From Nitrospirota bacterium (lineage in GTDB: Bacteria > Nitrospirota > Nitrospiria > Nitrospirales > Nitrospiraceae): 64,000 bases of DNA. The position numbers and the translations under genes are program-made. The stretch is from positions 128,001 through 192,000 of the forward strand of contig CAVPGK010000013.1 of assembly GCA_963703955.1 (NCBI GenBank). The letters are read 5' to 3'. How positions within the stretch are numbered: position 1 is the first letter of the stretch; every line of letters begins with the position of its first letter. Below the pieces are notes generated by a model, which made no database searches, was not told where the DNA came from, and worked only from the letters and a program-made list of their open reading frames with translations. Shown here piece after piece: positions 51,497 to 61,368 of this stretch.

Positions 51497-51955
51497 TCAT
51501 TCGATATTCCCGATCCCGCGAGCCATAAGCGGAGCACAGAGAAGGATTCCAACGATCCCTAACAACTCCCAAAGAATGACTCGGCGCACTCGTCGGAACT
51601 GAGCGTCCGTAAGTTGAGGAAGTAGGCCTGCCTTGAGCTGCTTGTTCCATGACGCAAACAGCACGGTTGGGTATATCGAGAGCAGTGCGACGAGGAAGAA
51701 GAGTGATAACTTCGCGATGAAGAACACGTTCTGGAAATAGTATGCACTTCCCCGCTCGAAATAGAAAACCCGCAAGAGGCCGGCCACTAGCAAGACGCCC
51801 GCTGAAATTCCGTAAGCCATATCCGCACGCTGAATCTTCCGCGCCTGTCCGAGAGTGAGGTTGCGATCGAACAGGGCGAGTTCTGCAGTGAGAGCAGCCG
51901 CGAGCGCAAACGCAGCGAGATGGTGAATAAACGCAATAGGTGCTGATGCACTCAT
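51497..51955 (-). CDS. DUF2214-family membrane protein
   Basis: DMAYGISA, GLLRVFYFERG, LSIYPT, PLMARG. Confidence 0.85.
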   Translation of the reverse strand: MSASAPIAFIHHLAAFALAAALTAELALFDRNLTLGQARKIQRADMAYGISAGVLLVAGLLRVFYFERGSAYYFQNVFFIAKLSLFFLVALLSIYPTVLFASWNKQLKAGLLPQLTDAQFRRVRRVILWELLGIVGILLCAPLMARGIGNIE

Positions 51956-52001
51956 AAGGCCCTGTTCGACAGCGAGAGCGCTGCCATCGCATCGACCCGG
52001 C

Positions 52002-52697
52002 TTACCAGAGCAACGGGATCAGGCGGTATCGGATTCTGCCCATATAGTTCTCGTAGCCCTTCAGTTCTCGTCTCAGGAACCGTTCCTCGATCAGAATACG
52101 CACAGCGATCAATGCGATCGGAAGGCTCGCCAGGAGCGCGGCTGCGTAGGATTCCAACCACAGAGGCATGCCGACCAGCAGCAGGGCAGTGCCCGTGTAC
52201 ATCGGATGTCGCACGATCCTGTAGACACCCGTATCGACGACCCTGTGTCGTCGCTCTTCCTGAAACTTCACTACCGGTGCCGCGAAAGTATTCTCCCTGA
52301 ACGAAAGAGAGATAATCCACCAGCCCGCAACAAAGAGGAGGAGCCCCAGGGACGACACCATCCTTGCGGGTTTCCCAAGCAGGTGAAAGTGGAACACATC
52401 CAAGGGAATGAAAAGGATCAAGCCGAAGAACGCGGCGAGCAAGGGGATCAGCACGATCTTGTCCGCAAGGGGTTGACCCTTCTGAAAGGGAAGCTTCATG
52501 CGTTCATCGAGCAGCTCCTGGTTCTTCGCGAAAACGCCCACCATCGTCGCCACCGTGCCAATAATGATCACGCCGAGAAACGCCCATGCCCGCCGCCAAT
52601 CGAACGTGCCCGCTGGCAGGAATAGCAGGACGCCGAAGATGGCCACGTTCGCAATGACGCCAACGATCAATCTGGAGAGGAACATGTGTGCTTCCAC
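52002..52697 (-). CDS. Isoprenylcysteine carboxylmethyltransferase-family protein
   Basis: VVDTGVYRIVRHPMY, EERFL, YRLIP. Confidence 0.9.
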   Translation of the reverse strand: MEAHMFLSRLIVGVIANVAIFGVLLFLPAGTFDWRRAWAFLGVIIIGTVATMVGVFAKNQELLDERMKLPFQKGQPLADKIVLIPLLAAFFGLILFIPLDVFHFHLLGKPARMVSSLGLLLFVAGWWIISLSFRENTFAAPVVKFQEERRHRVVDTGVYRIVRHPMYTGTALLLVGMPLWLESYAAALLASLPIALIAVRILIEERFLRRELKGYENYMGRIRYRLIPLLW

Positions 52698-52706
52698 GTC
52701 ACAAGG

Positions 52707-52993
52707 TTAGGCCGATGATGATTCATCTTCGCACATTACCCAGCGTTCCCGAGGACGAACCAGCAACGGAGTGAGTTGGCTGATCGTCTCGGATCCCTTA
52801 TCTCTCCCGAACCCGGTCCGCGTCCTCGCGGCTTCGCCAGTTCGCCAGGGCCCATGGCCCGGGGCATCCTGATCGATGAGAATCCGATGCGACAGGTAGC
52901 CTTCAAAGACCAGACCTGCCGCGTAAGCTGGAGCCCTTCCGTTTCAGTGCCAGGCTTCAACCATGTATCCCAAAGGATGGTGACTGCCATCAC
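52707..52993 (-). pseudogene. Antibiotic biosynthesis monooxygenase-like relic
   Basis: WDTWLKPG..GLQLTRQVW followed by indels; apparent end PRERW..SA* within GCCTAAC. Confidence 0.5.
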
Positions 52994-53116
52994 TCTCCTC
53001 CATCAATTCTCGGCAGCGCGATGCTGCGACCCTCAGCGACCTTCACTCCGGCGTTCGTGAGACTCCGTCACAAATTGTTTTGGCGTTATCAGTGACGCGT
53101 TCTTTGCATCTTGTGA

Positions 53117-53530
53117 TCACCTCGCCCGCTTGGCATCCAGGCTCCACGGTCCCGCACCGGCGGCCGAGAAGTAGAGCCAGAGGAAGCAGTAGAGCACGGC
53201 GGCGACGCCGCCGTTCACGACGGGCCAGAAACCCTGGGGGAAGTGGAACTGGAAGTATGCCACCGCCATCTCGCCGGACAGCAGGAACGCGACGGGGCGG
53301 GTGAAGAGTCCGAGGAGGAGGAGCGCGCCGCCGATCACCTCGAGGACGCCACCGATCCCGATCTGGGACATCAGCGGGGCGGTGCCGCCGTTCGGGGGCA
53401 TCCCAATCGGGAAAGCGAAGAGTTTCGCGGTGCCGGCCAGCATGAACATGAACGCGGCCACGATGCGGAGCACGCTCTTTAGGTATGGCGCCCAGGCCGA
53501 CCACTTCGCGACGAGGTTCGGTTCGGTCAT
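53117..53530 (-). CDS. DoxX-family protein
   Basis: GLFTRPVAFLLSGEMAVAYF, GAGPWSLD. Confidence 0.9.
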   Translation of the reverse strand: MTEPNLVAKWSAWAPYLKSVLRIVAAFMFMLAGTAKLFAFPIGMPPNGGTAPLMSQIGIGGVLEVIGGALLLLGLFTRPVAFLLSGEMAVAYFQFHFPQGFWPVVNGGVAAVLYCFLWLYFSAAGAGPWSLDAKRAR

Positions 53531-53580
53531 GATGCCTCCTCTTTCTTCGCCAGGTCGAGCTTGTTGTCAATCTCGGAGAT

Positions 53581-53964
53581 CTATTTCTTCGGCTTCTCCC
53601 AGAGAGCCATGACGTTGCCCTCTGGATCTGCGAAGTCCGCCATAAAACCCCACTCCCCAATTGAGTGTCTTGCGGTGATGACCTTCCCTCCTGCCTTCTT
53701 TACTGCCTTGAGGGTCTTCTCAATGGAACCAGTTTGCACGCCAAACGACGGCTGGTCCTTTTTGGATTTGCGTTTATAAAAACCTCCGTTGATCCCTCCG
53801 GGTTTAATCGGATTGTCATCTTTATCCACGGCTGTCGTGTAGGCCATCGCCCCCTCGTCGCCCCATAGTTTGACCTTCCAGTCGAAGACCTTTTCATAAA
53901 ATGCTTTTGCCTTTTTAAAATTCGAAGCCGGGATTTCAAAAAACACGACTTTGTTCTTACTCAT
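53581..53964 (-). CDS. VOC/glyoxalase-family protein
   Basis: FFEIPA..FYEKVFDW, INGG, FADPEGN. Confidence 0.9.
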   Translation of the reverse strand: MSKNKVVFFEIPASNFKKAKAFYEKVFDWKVKLWGDEGAMAYTTAVDKDDNPIKPGGINGGFYKRKSKKDQPSFGVQTGSIEKTLKAVKKAGGKVITARHSIGEWGFMADFADPEGNVMALWEKPKK

Positions 53965-54028
53965 TTCTCTCCCCCTTTCATACTTTCCAAAAGTTCGCCG
54001 AGACGATCATTTGATCTGAGCTGGATTA

Positions 54029-54517
54029 TCATTGCCCATATGCTTGCTTTAGCTTTTTTATGTCGAGTTTTTTCATTTGAAGCAATGCCTTCATGACGCG
54101 GTCCGATACTTCGGCGTCCTTGCCCTTCAGCATCTCGCTTAAGACCGCGGGAACGATCTGCCAGGACACGCCATATTTGTCCTTCAGCCATCCGCACTGC
54201 TGTGCCTTCTCATCTCCGCCTTTGGAAAGTTTCTCCCAATAATAGTCGACTTCCTTTTGAGACTTGCAGCTGACTTGGAAGGAGATCGCCTCATTGAACT
54301 TAAACACCGGACCGCCGTTGAGCGCTGTAAATGTCTGCCCGTTGAGTTCAAATTCTATCGTCATCACGCTTCCCGCCGGTCTTCCGTGGATTTCGTATCC
54401 CTCTTCTCCATAGCGCGCGATTTTCCGAATCTTCGACTTCTTAAAAATGGAGGTATAAAACTTCACGGCCTCTTCCGCGTTGCTATCGAACCACAAGCAT
54501 GGCGTGATTGTTTGCAT
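54029..54517 (-). CDS. VOC/PhnB-like protein
   Basis: ITPCLWF, ALNGGP, QCGWLKDKYGVSWQI. Confidence 0.9.
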   Translation of the reverse strand: MQTITPCLWFDSNAEEAVKFYTSIFKKSKIRKIARYGEEGYEIHGRPAGSVMTIEFELNGQTFTALNGGPVFKFNEAISFQVSCKSQKEVDYYWEKLSKGGDEKAQQCGWLKDKYGVSWQIVPAVLSEMLKGKDAEVSDRVMKALLQMKKLDIKKLKQAYGQ

Positions 54518-54583
54518 ACACCTCTCCTATTTCTTGGGTGTCCCTACGATCCCTCATACACAAGTTCATTTCCTTTCTCTGTT

Positions 54584-55243
54584 TCACTCTCCGCGAACGA
54601 TGTGGATGTTGAAGTGCGGTGTTCCCAGCACCCCCCACAACCGCACCCACAATGCCAGAAACATCTCCGTGCCGCGCGCGTTAGTGATGTCGCCGAGGTC
54701 AACAATGTTGCCGGGCTTCCAGTCGAACCATTTGCAAAGCCGGTCGGCGACTTCGCGTTTCGCTGCCGCGTCATTGCCGCAGATGAACAACTCGTGGTCG
54801 CCGGGCACGCGCGACGGCGCAATCATGATGTCGCAATTAACCGTATTGAGCGCCTTGACCACACGCGCGTCGGGAAATTGCCGCTGTACCTGTTCGCCGA
54901 GCGAATCGGTATTGCACACGGTGAGTGTTGGCGGCATGCCTTTGGAAATGTCCAGCGGGTTGCCGACCTGAATGAGAATCTTGTCGCGCAGATTGTCCGC
55001 GCCCGCCTGACGCAGTGCCGCGAGAGAGTTCGCCCCGTTGGTGCAATCGAAAACAATTTCGCCAAACGCCGCGGCGTCCGCGAACGTGCCGATCTGCGCT
55101 TTGCCGCTTACGGAACGGAGCCATTCCCGTCCCGCGTCGCTGTTGGCTGTGCGCGAGCCCATGATAACTTGATGGCCGCGTTGAACGAGTTTGGTGGCGA
55201 TGGCGTTTCCGACTATGCCTGTACCGAGGACTGCGATTTTCAT
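54584..55243 (-). CDS. NADP-dependent F420 oxidoreductase-like protein
   Basis: VLGTGIVG, GSRT, VVKALNT, DLGDI. Confidence 0.88.
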   Translation of the reverse strand: MKIAVLGTGIVGNAIATKLVQRGHQVIMGSRTANSDAGREWLRSVSGKAQIGTFADAAAFGEIVFDCTNGANSLAALRQAGADNLRDKILIQVGNPLDISKGMPPTLTVCNTDSLGEQVQRQFPDARVVKALNTVNCDIMIAPSRVPGDHELFICGNDAAAKREVADRLCKWFDWKPGNIVDLGDITNARGTEMFLALWVRLWGVLGTPHFNIHIVRGE

Positions 55244-55302
55244 GTTTGCCCTTTAATTTCCTGGTTAAATCATTAGTGACAGGTTTGTTGTTTCAACGTC
55301 AG

Positions 55303-55704
55303 TCACTTCCTCTCCGTGTTTGTTACGCGCCGCCGCTCGCTTTCGCGGATCATTTCGGTCAAGTCCGCGGCCGGGCGAATCTCGAAGGGGCCGGCCTTCA
55401 CACCGGGGTGCTTCGACATCAACTGGATGGCGTGGTTCAGGTCCCTGGCTTCGAGCATGAGGATTCCGCCCAACTGCTCTTTCGTCTCGGCATACGGGCC
55501 GTCGGTGATGGACACCTTGCCGTTCTGCCATCGCAGGGTGGTGGCGTTCCGAGCGCTTTGGAGCGCTTCCCCGCCGGCAAAGTGACCGTTCTTCCGCAGC
55601 ACGTCGTCGTAGGCGAAGCACTCGTCCATCATGGCGTTCCGCTCGCTTTCGGACATCGTTTCCCACTTCTTCTCTTCCATGTATCCAAGGCAGATGTATT
55701 TCAT
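55303..55704 (-). CDS. YciI/DGPF-family protein
   Basis: [18 protein letters not shown]. Confidence 0.9.
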   Translation of the reverse strand: MKYICLGYMEEKKWETMSESERNAMMDECFAYDDVLRKNGHFAGGEALQSARNATTLRWQNGKVSITDGPYAETKEQLGGILMLEARDLNHAIQLMSKHPGVKAGPFEIRPAADLTEMIRESERRRVTNTERK

Positions 55705-55745
55705 GATTCTCTCCCAACGTGTGGACTAACCGCTCTCACCCTATA

Positions 55746-55772
55746 GTCGTCTGGCTGAGCCTCAAATCGACA
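55746..55772 (-). promoter_or_regulatory. ECF42-type sigma promoter
   Basis: TGTCGA-N17-CGAC upstream of the DGPF gene. Confidence 0.65.
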
Positions 55773-55789
55773 ACGGCGGCGTTGGTGGA

Positions 55790-56167
55790 TCACTTCTCCT
55801 CGAGAACGGACAAGATATTGCCGGCGGGGTCTTTGAACCACGCTATTGTTGGACCTTCGCCGCGGAAAACCCCCCTTTTGTCCGTTTTGAGTTTGGGCTC
55901 GTTATAGATCTCAAAGCGGACGCCGCGCTTCGTGAGCTCGTCCACGGCCTTGTCGACATTGTCCACTGGGAAATTGAGGATGGTGAAGGTTGCCGGAGCA
56001 TGGTTAGGCTTAGGGTAAACAAGTACCGTGGCACCGCCTGCAAGGTGCAGTTTCAATAGGTCATGCGATTCAGAAACCTCCAGCCCGAGTGTTCGGCTAT
56101 AGAACTCTTTCGCCTTTCGGATGTCGTCGACCGAAAAACCGCTGAACGCAGTGCTTTTTGCTAACAT
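55790..56167 (-). CDS. VOC-family protein
   Basis: [24 protein letters not shown]. Confidence 0.9.
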   Translation of the reverse strand: MLAKSTAFSGFSVDDIRKAKEFYSRTLGLEVSESHDLLKLHLAGGATVLVYPKPNHAPATFTILNFPVDNVDKAVDELTKRGVRFEIYNEPKLKTDKRGVFRGEGPTIAWFKDPAGNILSVLEEK

Positions 56168-56218
56168 GGCTTTTCTCCTCTCCTTGCCGTCACGAATTTG
56201 ATTGTCCGACTGCAACGT

Positions 56219-56803
56219 TCATCGAGGTCGCCGAATCATCGGAAAAAGGGGCGGTGCCTCATCAATCTGTATTGTTCCAACTACTTCGAATCCGTGTCGT
56301 TGGTAGAGGGGGATGTTCGCCGGATTTGTCGACTCCAGATACGCGGTTCGTCCTTCACGATCAATGCGCTCCAGAGCGTGGCGTAAGAGCGCCGACCCGT
56401 ACCCATGTCCCTGTTTCGCGGGCTCGACCCCGATAAGCGGCAAATACCAGTGAGGCTCAGTGGGATGATAGCCTCCCATTTTTTCCAGCATCGTGAATAC
56501 GACCTGGAGTCGCTTCGGATCGATGCTGCGTTCCATCAGGCCAACCAACACCTCTTCGTCGGGCTGCACACTGGGAGGCAGCCACAGCGCACCACCAGAG
56601 CATTCAGCGACCGAGTGAGCCGTGCCGTGATCGAACGCCTTCCCCCCGAATGCATTCGTGAACTCCGTGAAGTATGTGAGGTAGTCATGTGAATCGGGCC
56701 ACGCCCACCGCGCGACCGGATCGCCAACAAAGGCAAGAACGATCGCACTGACCACCCGCTCCCGATCCTTCGCCTTGGCGGCGTTCACAGCCGGAGTACT
56801 CAT
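56219..56803 (-). CDS. GNAT N-acetyltransferase
   Basis: HWYLPLIGV..QGHGYGS, AYLE, LYQRHGF. Confidence 0.9.
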   Translation of the reverse strand: MSTPAVNAAKAKDRERVVSAIVLAFVGDPVARWAWPDSHDYLTYFTEFTNAFGGKAFDHGTAHSVAECSGGALWLPPSVQPDEEVLVGLMERSIDPKRLQVVFTMLEKMGGYHPTEPHWYLPLIGVEPAKQGHGYGSALLRHALERIDREGRTAYLESTNPANIPLYQRHGFEVVGTIQIDEAPPLFPMIRRPR

Positions 56804-56852
56804 GGGATTCCCTTCACGGTTGGAGTGCGAGGTGTCGTCTCTTGTTCGGCCC

Positions 56853-56945
56853 TTCTAACCCTCAAGCTCAACCGCCGGCTCAAATCGGCCACGGCGGTCA
56901 GATAAAGTCGCGCTTGATTTCGGCGGGGGGTTGTTGGCGTTGGCA
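56853..56945. other. attC-like site
   Basis: TTCTAAC ... GTTGGCA ends enclosing an imperfect inverted repeat (caaccgccggctcaaatc / gatttcggcggggggttg). Confidence 0.5.
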
Positions 56946-56971
56946 CTCGTGAGACGCTCCTCCCTTCCGGT

Positions 56972-57382
56972 TCAACCCTTTGCCTCCACGTGCCGGCCGA
57001 ACTTGTCCAGGATGGCCTGCCAGCCCGTGCGCTGGAGCTCTGGCGGGTTCTCGGTCTCCGCGTCGAACGTCTCCTTCACGAGGACGCTGCCGGCGCGCTC
57101 GACGAACTCGACTTTGACCTCCCGGCCGTCGCTCATCCGGTATTCGATGGTCTTGTGGGGCACGATGCGGGTGTACGTGCCCTCGAAGTCGAAGCCCTCG
57201 CTGCCGTCTTTGGCTTCCATGCGCGACAGGAACTTTCCGCCTTCGCGCAGATCGACGGTGCTACGGGTCGTGTGCCAGTCATCCTGGGCGGTGTTCCACT
57301 GCTTGATGTCCGCCGGGTTGTTCCAGGCATCCCAGAGCTTGTCCAGCTTGGCCTCTACGACAGTCTCAACGGTGATCTTCAT
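56972..57382 (-). CDS. SRPBCC/AHA1-family protein
   Basis: DLREGG..RMEAKDGS.GFDF, QRTGWQAIL. Confidence 0.9.
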   Translation of the reverse strand: MKITVETVVEAKLDKLWDAWNNPADIKQWNTAQDDWHTTRSTVDLREGGKFLSRMEAKDGSEGFDFEGTYTRIVPHKTIEYRMSDGREVKVEFVERAGSVLVKETFDAETENPPELQRTGWQAILDKFGRHVEAKG

Positions 57383-57420
57383 GGGTGTCTCCTGTCGCGC
57401 CCGTGGATGGGCACCCTTTA

Positions 57421-57447
57421 GTCGAATGAGGAGGGGTCAAATCGACA
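57421..57447 (-). promoter_or_regulatory. ECF42-type sigma promoter
   Basis: TGTCGA-N17-CGAC; shares TGTCGATTTGA and CGACTA with 55746-55772. Confidence 0.65.
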
Positions 57448-57484
57448 CCCCCGTCGTCCTTGGGGCTACGGCTCAATACACCAG

Positions 57485-57674
57485 GCCCAACGCCCGGGTT
57501 CAGCGGTGACGCGCAGGCTCCGATGCTTACGGCACGCAGACAACACATAGCAGCCGTTTTCATCACGGATCACGCCCCGGGCGCATCCGCCAGCTCGCTC
57601 ACGTCTTCTCTCCTGCAATAAAGCGCGGTTGGGCACGAGGACCCGGAGGCGACCTCTGGACTGCTCCGTTAGCC
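57485..57674. other. Degenerate or composite attC-like site
   Basis: GCCCAACGCCCGGGTTCAGCGG at the left; GTTAGCC overlapping the stop codon of the upstream gene at the right. Confidence 0.4.
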
Positions 57675-58244
57675 GATTCCGTAGATCACGCTGACGCGCC
57701 CATCTGAAAACTTCTGAATCTTCCGGAGTTCGAGCCCATGACGACGTTCCGTCGTCGCAAAGAGCGCCTTCCCCTCACCCACGATCAGCGGATAGATAAT
57801 AAGCCGAAGTTCACCCACCAACCTGGCATCGATGAGGCTCGCCGTAATTCGGGCACCCCCCATGAGATAGATGTCCTTGCCAGACCGCTGCTTAAGGACA
57901 GAGATGTCTTCGATTCCCCGGAGAAAGCGCGTCTTCGGCCAGAGAGCGGAAGTCAGGGTACTCGACAGCACATAATGCGGGGTCTGCTCGGCGAAGCGGG
58001 CCCATTCGACCTCGGCTTTGGTTGGAATCCTGTTCGACAGCGGGTGGGGCTTGTCCGGCTCATTCTGTATCGTGGTCCAATATTGCTCGTAGCCGCCGTA
58101 CATGCGGCCCCCGACCACGCATGCGTCTATCTGCTGCGTCAGGCCGTAGTCCTCAGACCACGCTTCGACCCAATCCGCGTAACCCTCGGGCCCCTCGATC
58201 TTGCCATCGACGGACATTTTCATCCCAGCGATCAGCTTTCGCAT
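57669..58244 (-). CDS. Dihydrofolate reductase / RibD C-terminal family protein
   Basis: MSVDGKI, GKDIYLMGG, PLIVGEGKALF. Confidence 0.88.
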   Translation of the reverse strand: MRKLIAGMKMSVDGKIEGPEGYADWVEAWSEDYGLTQQIDACVVGGRMYGGYEQYWTTIQNEPDKPHPLSNRIPTKAEVEWARFAEQTPHYVLSSTLTSALWPKTRFLRGIEDISVLKQRSGKDIYLMGGARITASLIDARLVGELRLIIYPLIVGEGKALFATTERRHGLELRKIQKFSDGRVSVIYGIG

Positions 58245-58306
58245 GTCGAACTCCATATTGCATCAAGCCCTTCACGCGGGACCCAGATCGTCGGAATGCC
58301 CGGCCT

Positions 58307-59014
58307 TCAGGCGAGACCACTGGGCGGTGGGACGTCCATCGGTACGGTAATGCGCTGCTCGCCTTTCCACCGTTGTGGCCAGCCGGTCGGCGAGTCCTCC
58401 CACGTCTCCTGCCGCCCGTAGACGGTCAAGTCGAGCAACCGGTAGCTGTTGTCCATCGCCTCGACGCCGCGCCTCGTCGTCCAGTAAGTCTCGAAGACAT
58501 TGGATCCTTGTCGCAGGTAGCAAACGATGTGCATCATGCCCACCCGGCGTCCAACCAAGAGAGTGTCGAGCGAGTCCTGGGCCGAGTACCAAGGCATCTC
58601 CCAGCCCATGAAGTCGCGGTACCGGACGCTCTCTTCGTACGGGCCTTGGCAGAACGTGGCGTAGGTGACGTCACGGGAATGCAGGAAGGACAGCTCGCGG
58701 ACCTGCGATGTAAACAAGGTGCAACCCTCGCACTGCTCCGGCGCAGGGTGGCCGGTGTGCCACATGAAGTAGTAGGCGATGAGCATCCGGCGTCCCTCAA
58801 ACGCGTCCAACAGCGTCACCGCCCCACGCTCGCCGATAAGCGGTGTCGCGCCATCCACCTCGACCATGGGCAGCCGCCGGCGGGCGGCTGCAATCGCGTC
58901 GCCTTCTCGTGTGTGAGCTTTCTCTCGAACCCGCAGTGCGTCCAGCTCGGCCTGGAAAGTGCTCCGATCGACCACCGCAGGTACTCCAATTTCATTTCTC
59001 ATGGTGTCTTTCAT
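58307..59014 (-). CDS. DUF899-family protein
   Basis: REKAHTREGD..RRRLPMV, FEGRR, CEGC, LDLTVYGRQE. Confidence 0.88.
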   Translation of the reverse strand: MKDTMRNEIGVPAVVDRSTFQAELDALRVREKAHTREGDAIAAARRRLPMVEVDGATPLIGERGAVTLLDAFEGRRMLIAYYFMWHTGHPAPEQCEGCTLFTSQVRELSFLHSRDVTYATFCQGPYEESVRYRDFMGWEMPWYSAQDSLDTLLVGRRVGMMHIVCYLRQGSNVFETYWTTRRGVEAMDNSYRLLDLTVYGRQETWEDSPTGWPQRWKGEQRITVPMDVPPPSGLA

Positions 59015-59187
59015 CGTTCCGCCTCCATCGGCCACTTATTCAGGTCAATTATCGCTCCCTCCATCCGGCTCGAATTTTCAGCGCTTGTCGTACTCGTCGT
59101 GGCGGCGAAATCAGGGGCCGGTTTCGTTGCGTCCTTTGGACCGAAGACCTGTTCAGCACCATGCTCAACATCAGTCCCTCCCTTTGT

Positions 59188-59914
59188 CTATGACTTGACG
59201 GGCTCTGCTGCTACGAACGCCGCAAACTGGCGCTCGAGCGCCTTGGCCGCACCGCTGCGCCAGCTCTCGGCCATGGACTGCTGACATGGGATCGGGGAAG
59301 ATCTCCTCCTCCCCCTTCTCCACTCCGTCGAAGATGGCTCGCGCGACGGACTCCGGAGAGGCCTTCGGTATGTCGAGGCCTCGGGACATATCGGTGTCCA
59401 CGGGGCCGGTCAGGACGGCATGAACCCTCACGCCCCGTCCGGCCAAAAGAGCGCGCAGCGATTGTGACAGGGAGAACGCGGCCGCCTTCGAGATCGAGTA
59501 GGCCGGAATGAACGGCAAGGCGGCAACGGCCGCCAGCGACAGAACGTTGACGATGGCTCCCCGAGAACGAGTCAGCAACGGCAGGAAAGCCTGGGTCACG
59601 CCATACGTGCCAAAGAGATTGACGGCGAGGTGCTGTTCGAGCGCGGCACGATCGCTCAAGTCATCGTAAAGCGCCAGGCCGGCGTTATTGATGAGGATAT
59701 CGAGAGATTCGACTCTCTCGACAGCTCCCTGAATCTGCGCCGCGTTCGTCACGTCCAGAGTCAGGGGCGTGACGCGCCCATCCGAGTGGGCCAAGGGCTG
59801 GCGCGTACCGGCATACACCCGCTTCGCGCCTCTCCTCAAGGCTTCCTCGACCAGCGCCTGCCCGATACCGCGATTGGCCCCGGTCACCAGAACTGCTGTG
59901 TCTGCGATTTTCAT
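59188..59914 (-). CDS. SDR oxidoreductase (frameshift near 59281)
   Basis: TGANRGIG, INNAG, YSISK; the natural-looking end AKALERQF is in another frame. Confidence 0.85.
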
Positions 59915-60001
59915 TTCATTATCCTCCTTAAATTTTTTGATCGTCGTGGCGGCGCAAGCCACCGCATCGGCCGGCAACCGCAATGTCCTCTTTCCCTTGC
60001 G

Positions 60002-60259
60002 TTAGTCGTCCAGGCTGCCCAGGGTCAAGTTGACGGTAGTTCCCGTCATCCCCCTCGCCTTATCGGAAGCCATGAAGACCGCCACGTTAGCCGCCTCCGC
60101 GAGCAGCGCGTAAGTTCTTAGCCAAAGACAGTGCGGCGAGGTAGCGAGAGATGACGACACCGTGCGATAAGTTGCCTCAAAGCCACCAAAGGCAGCTTCG
60201 TGGGAATCCGTGGCGTGCTGAGTTAGCTTGTAGCGGATATACTCAACGATCATTGCCAC
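60002..60259 (-). pseudogene. Chimera of an ABM-family N-terminus and an SDR C-terminus
   Basis: MIVEYIRY...SPHCL joined to LAEAANVAVFMASDKARGMTGTTVNL. Confidence 0.65.
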
Positions 60260-60351
60260 TCCTCCCCCAAAAGTGTTGCCCCCAACTGAGTGTTATCTGG
60301 TCCCGCACATCGCTCAGGCACATGCACCTGCTGCAAGCGGCATAGAAAGAA

Positions 60352-61185
60352 TCAACCGTGCCACCTCGCCGGCTCATCCATTTGAACAAAGTGCCGGGCA
60401 CCGGGCAAAAGAAACAGCTCAGATGTTGGAAAGAGTTGATGAAAGCTCTGGGCCACGCCTTTATTCAAGTAAGGATCGGCATCACCAAAAATGATCCGCA
60501 CGGGCCGTTTGAACTCTCTCAGTGTGGGAATCATTTTTGAGCGCGATCGTATTGTTGGCAGCAAGTCTTCGTTCAACCTAAAGAACGCAGGACGAGTGCT
60601 TGGCATGGCATCGAATTGTTGATACAGCAACGGTAGAAATTCGTCTCTGACATCTGCATCTCGGAAGAATCTCCCGACTTGCCACCGAAACATTCGATGG
60701 AAGATCAAATTACCAAACATCTGCGACACAGGCCGTGCGATACTTCTGACCAGAGGTGTGGAGAAAAGCCAAATCGCTTCTGGGGCTCGGAGCGTCGGCA
60801 TTTCACAATAGTACGTGTTCAGCAACACGAGCCCTGCGACGCGCTCAGCCTGGGCAAGTGCCCAGTCAATCGCCGGCGGCCCGGAAGCGTCGTGTGCTAC
60901 AAGGACAACGCGCTCAAGCTGCAGTTGTTTGACCACGGCAGCCAACTCCAACACTTGGTTCGTGGCAGTGTAGGGATAACCGACCGGCTTATCGGAAGCC
61001 CCCCACCCAAGAAAATCAAAAGCGACGATTCGTCGCGGTGGTGAGAGGTAGGGAACAAGGCGGTCATAAAGGTGCACATTATCGGGAAAGCCATGCATCA
61101 GGATAATCGTCGGTTCCTCACCCGAGTACTCTCGTGCGTAAATCCGATGTTGATTCAGTTGTACAAATTTCTCTTCGTAGTTCAT
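60352..61185 (-). CDS. Alpha/beta hydrolase
   Basis: MHGFPD, FDFLGWG, VAHDASG, HFVQMDEP; possible slip in the last codons. Confidence 0.88.
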   Translation of the reverse strand: MNYEEKFVQLNQHRIYAREYSGEEPTIILMHGFPDNVHLYDRLVPYLSPPRRIVAFDFLGWGASDKPVGYPYTATNQVLELAAVVKQLQLERVVLVAHDASGPPAIDWALAQAERVAGLVLLNTYYCEMPTLRAPEAIWLFSTPLVRSIARPVSQMFGNLIFHRMFRWQVGRFFRDADVRDEFLPLLYQQFDAMPSTRPAFFRLNEDLLPTIRSRSKMIPTLREFKRPVRIIFGDADPYLNKGVAQSFHQLFPTSELFLLPGARHFVQMDEPARWHG

Positions 61186-61368
61186 CACTTCACCCACAAA
61201 GGTTGCCGCCTAACTATAGGTATGCTGCGGCTCAAACTCGTGAGACAGAGAGGTGGCATGGACGAGCTAATAACGTGCAACTCTGCAACCTCTGCGCAAC
61301 CAGGCCCCCTGTGGATGTTCCCCCCCCCCTCAACGCGCCTTATCCGTGAGGGCGCCGCGGTGCGCAGG

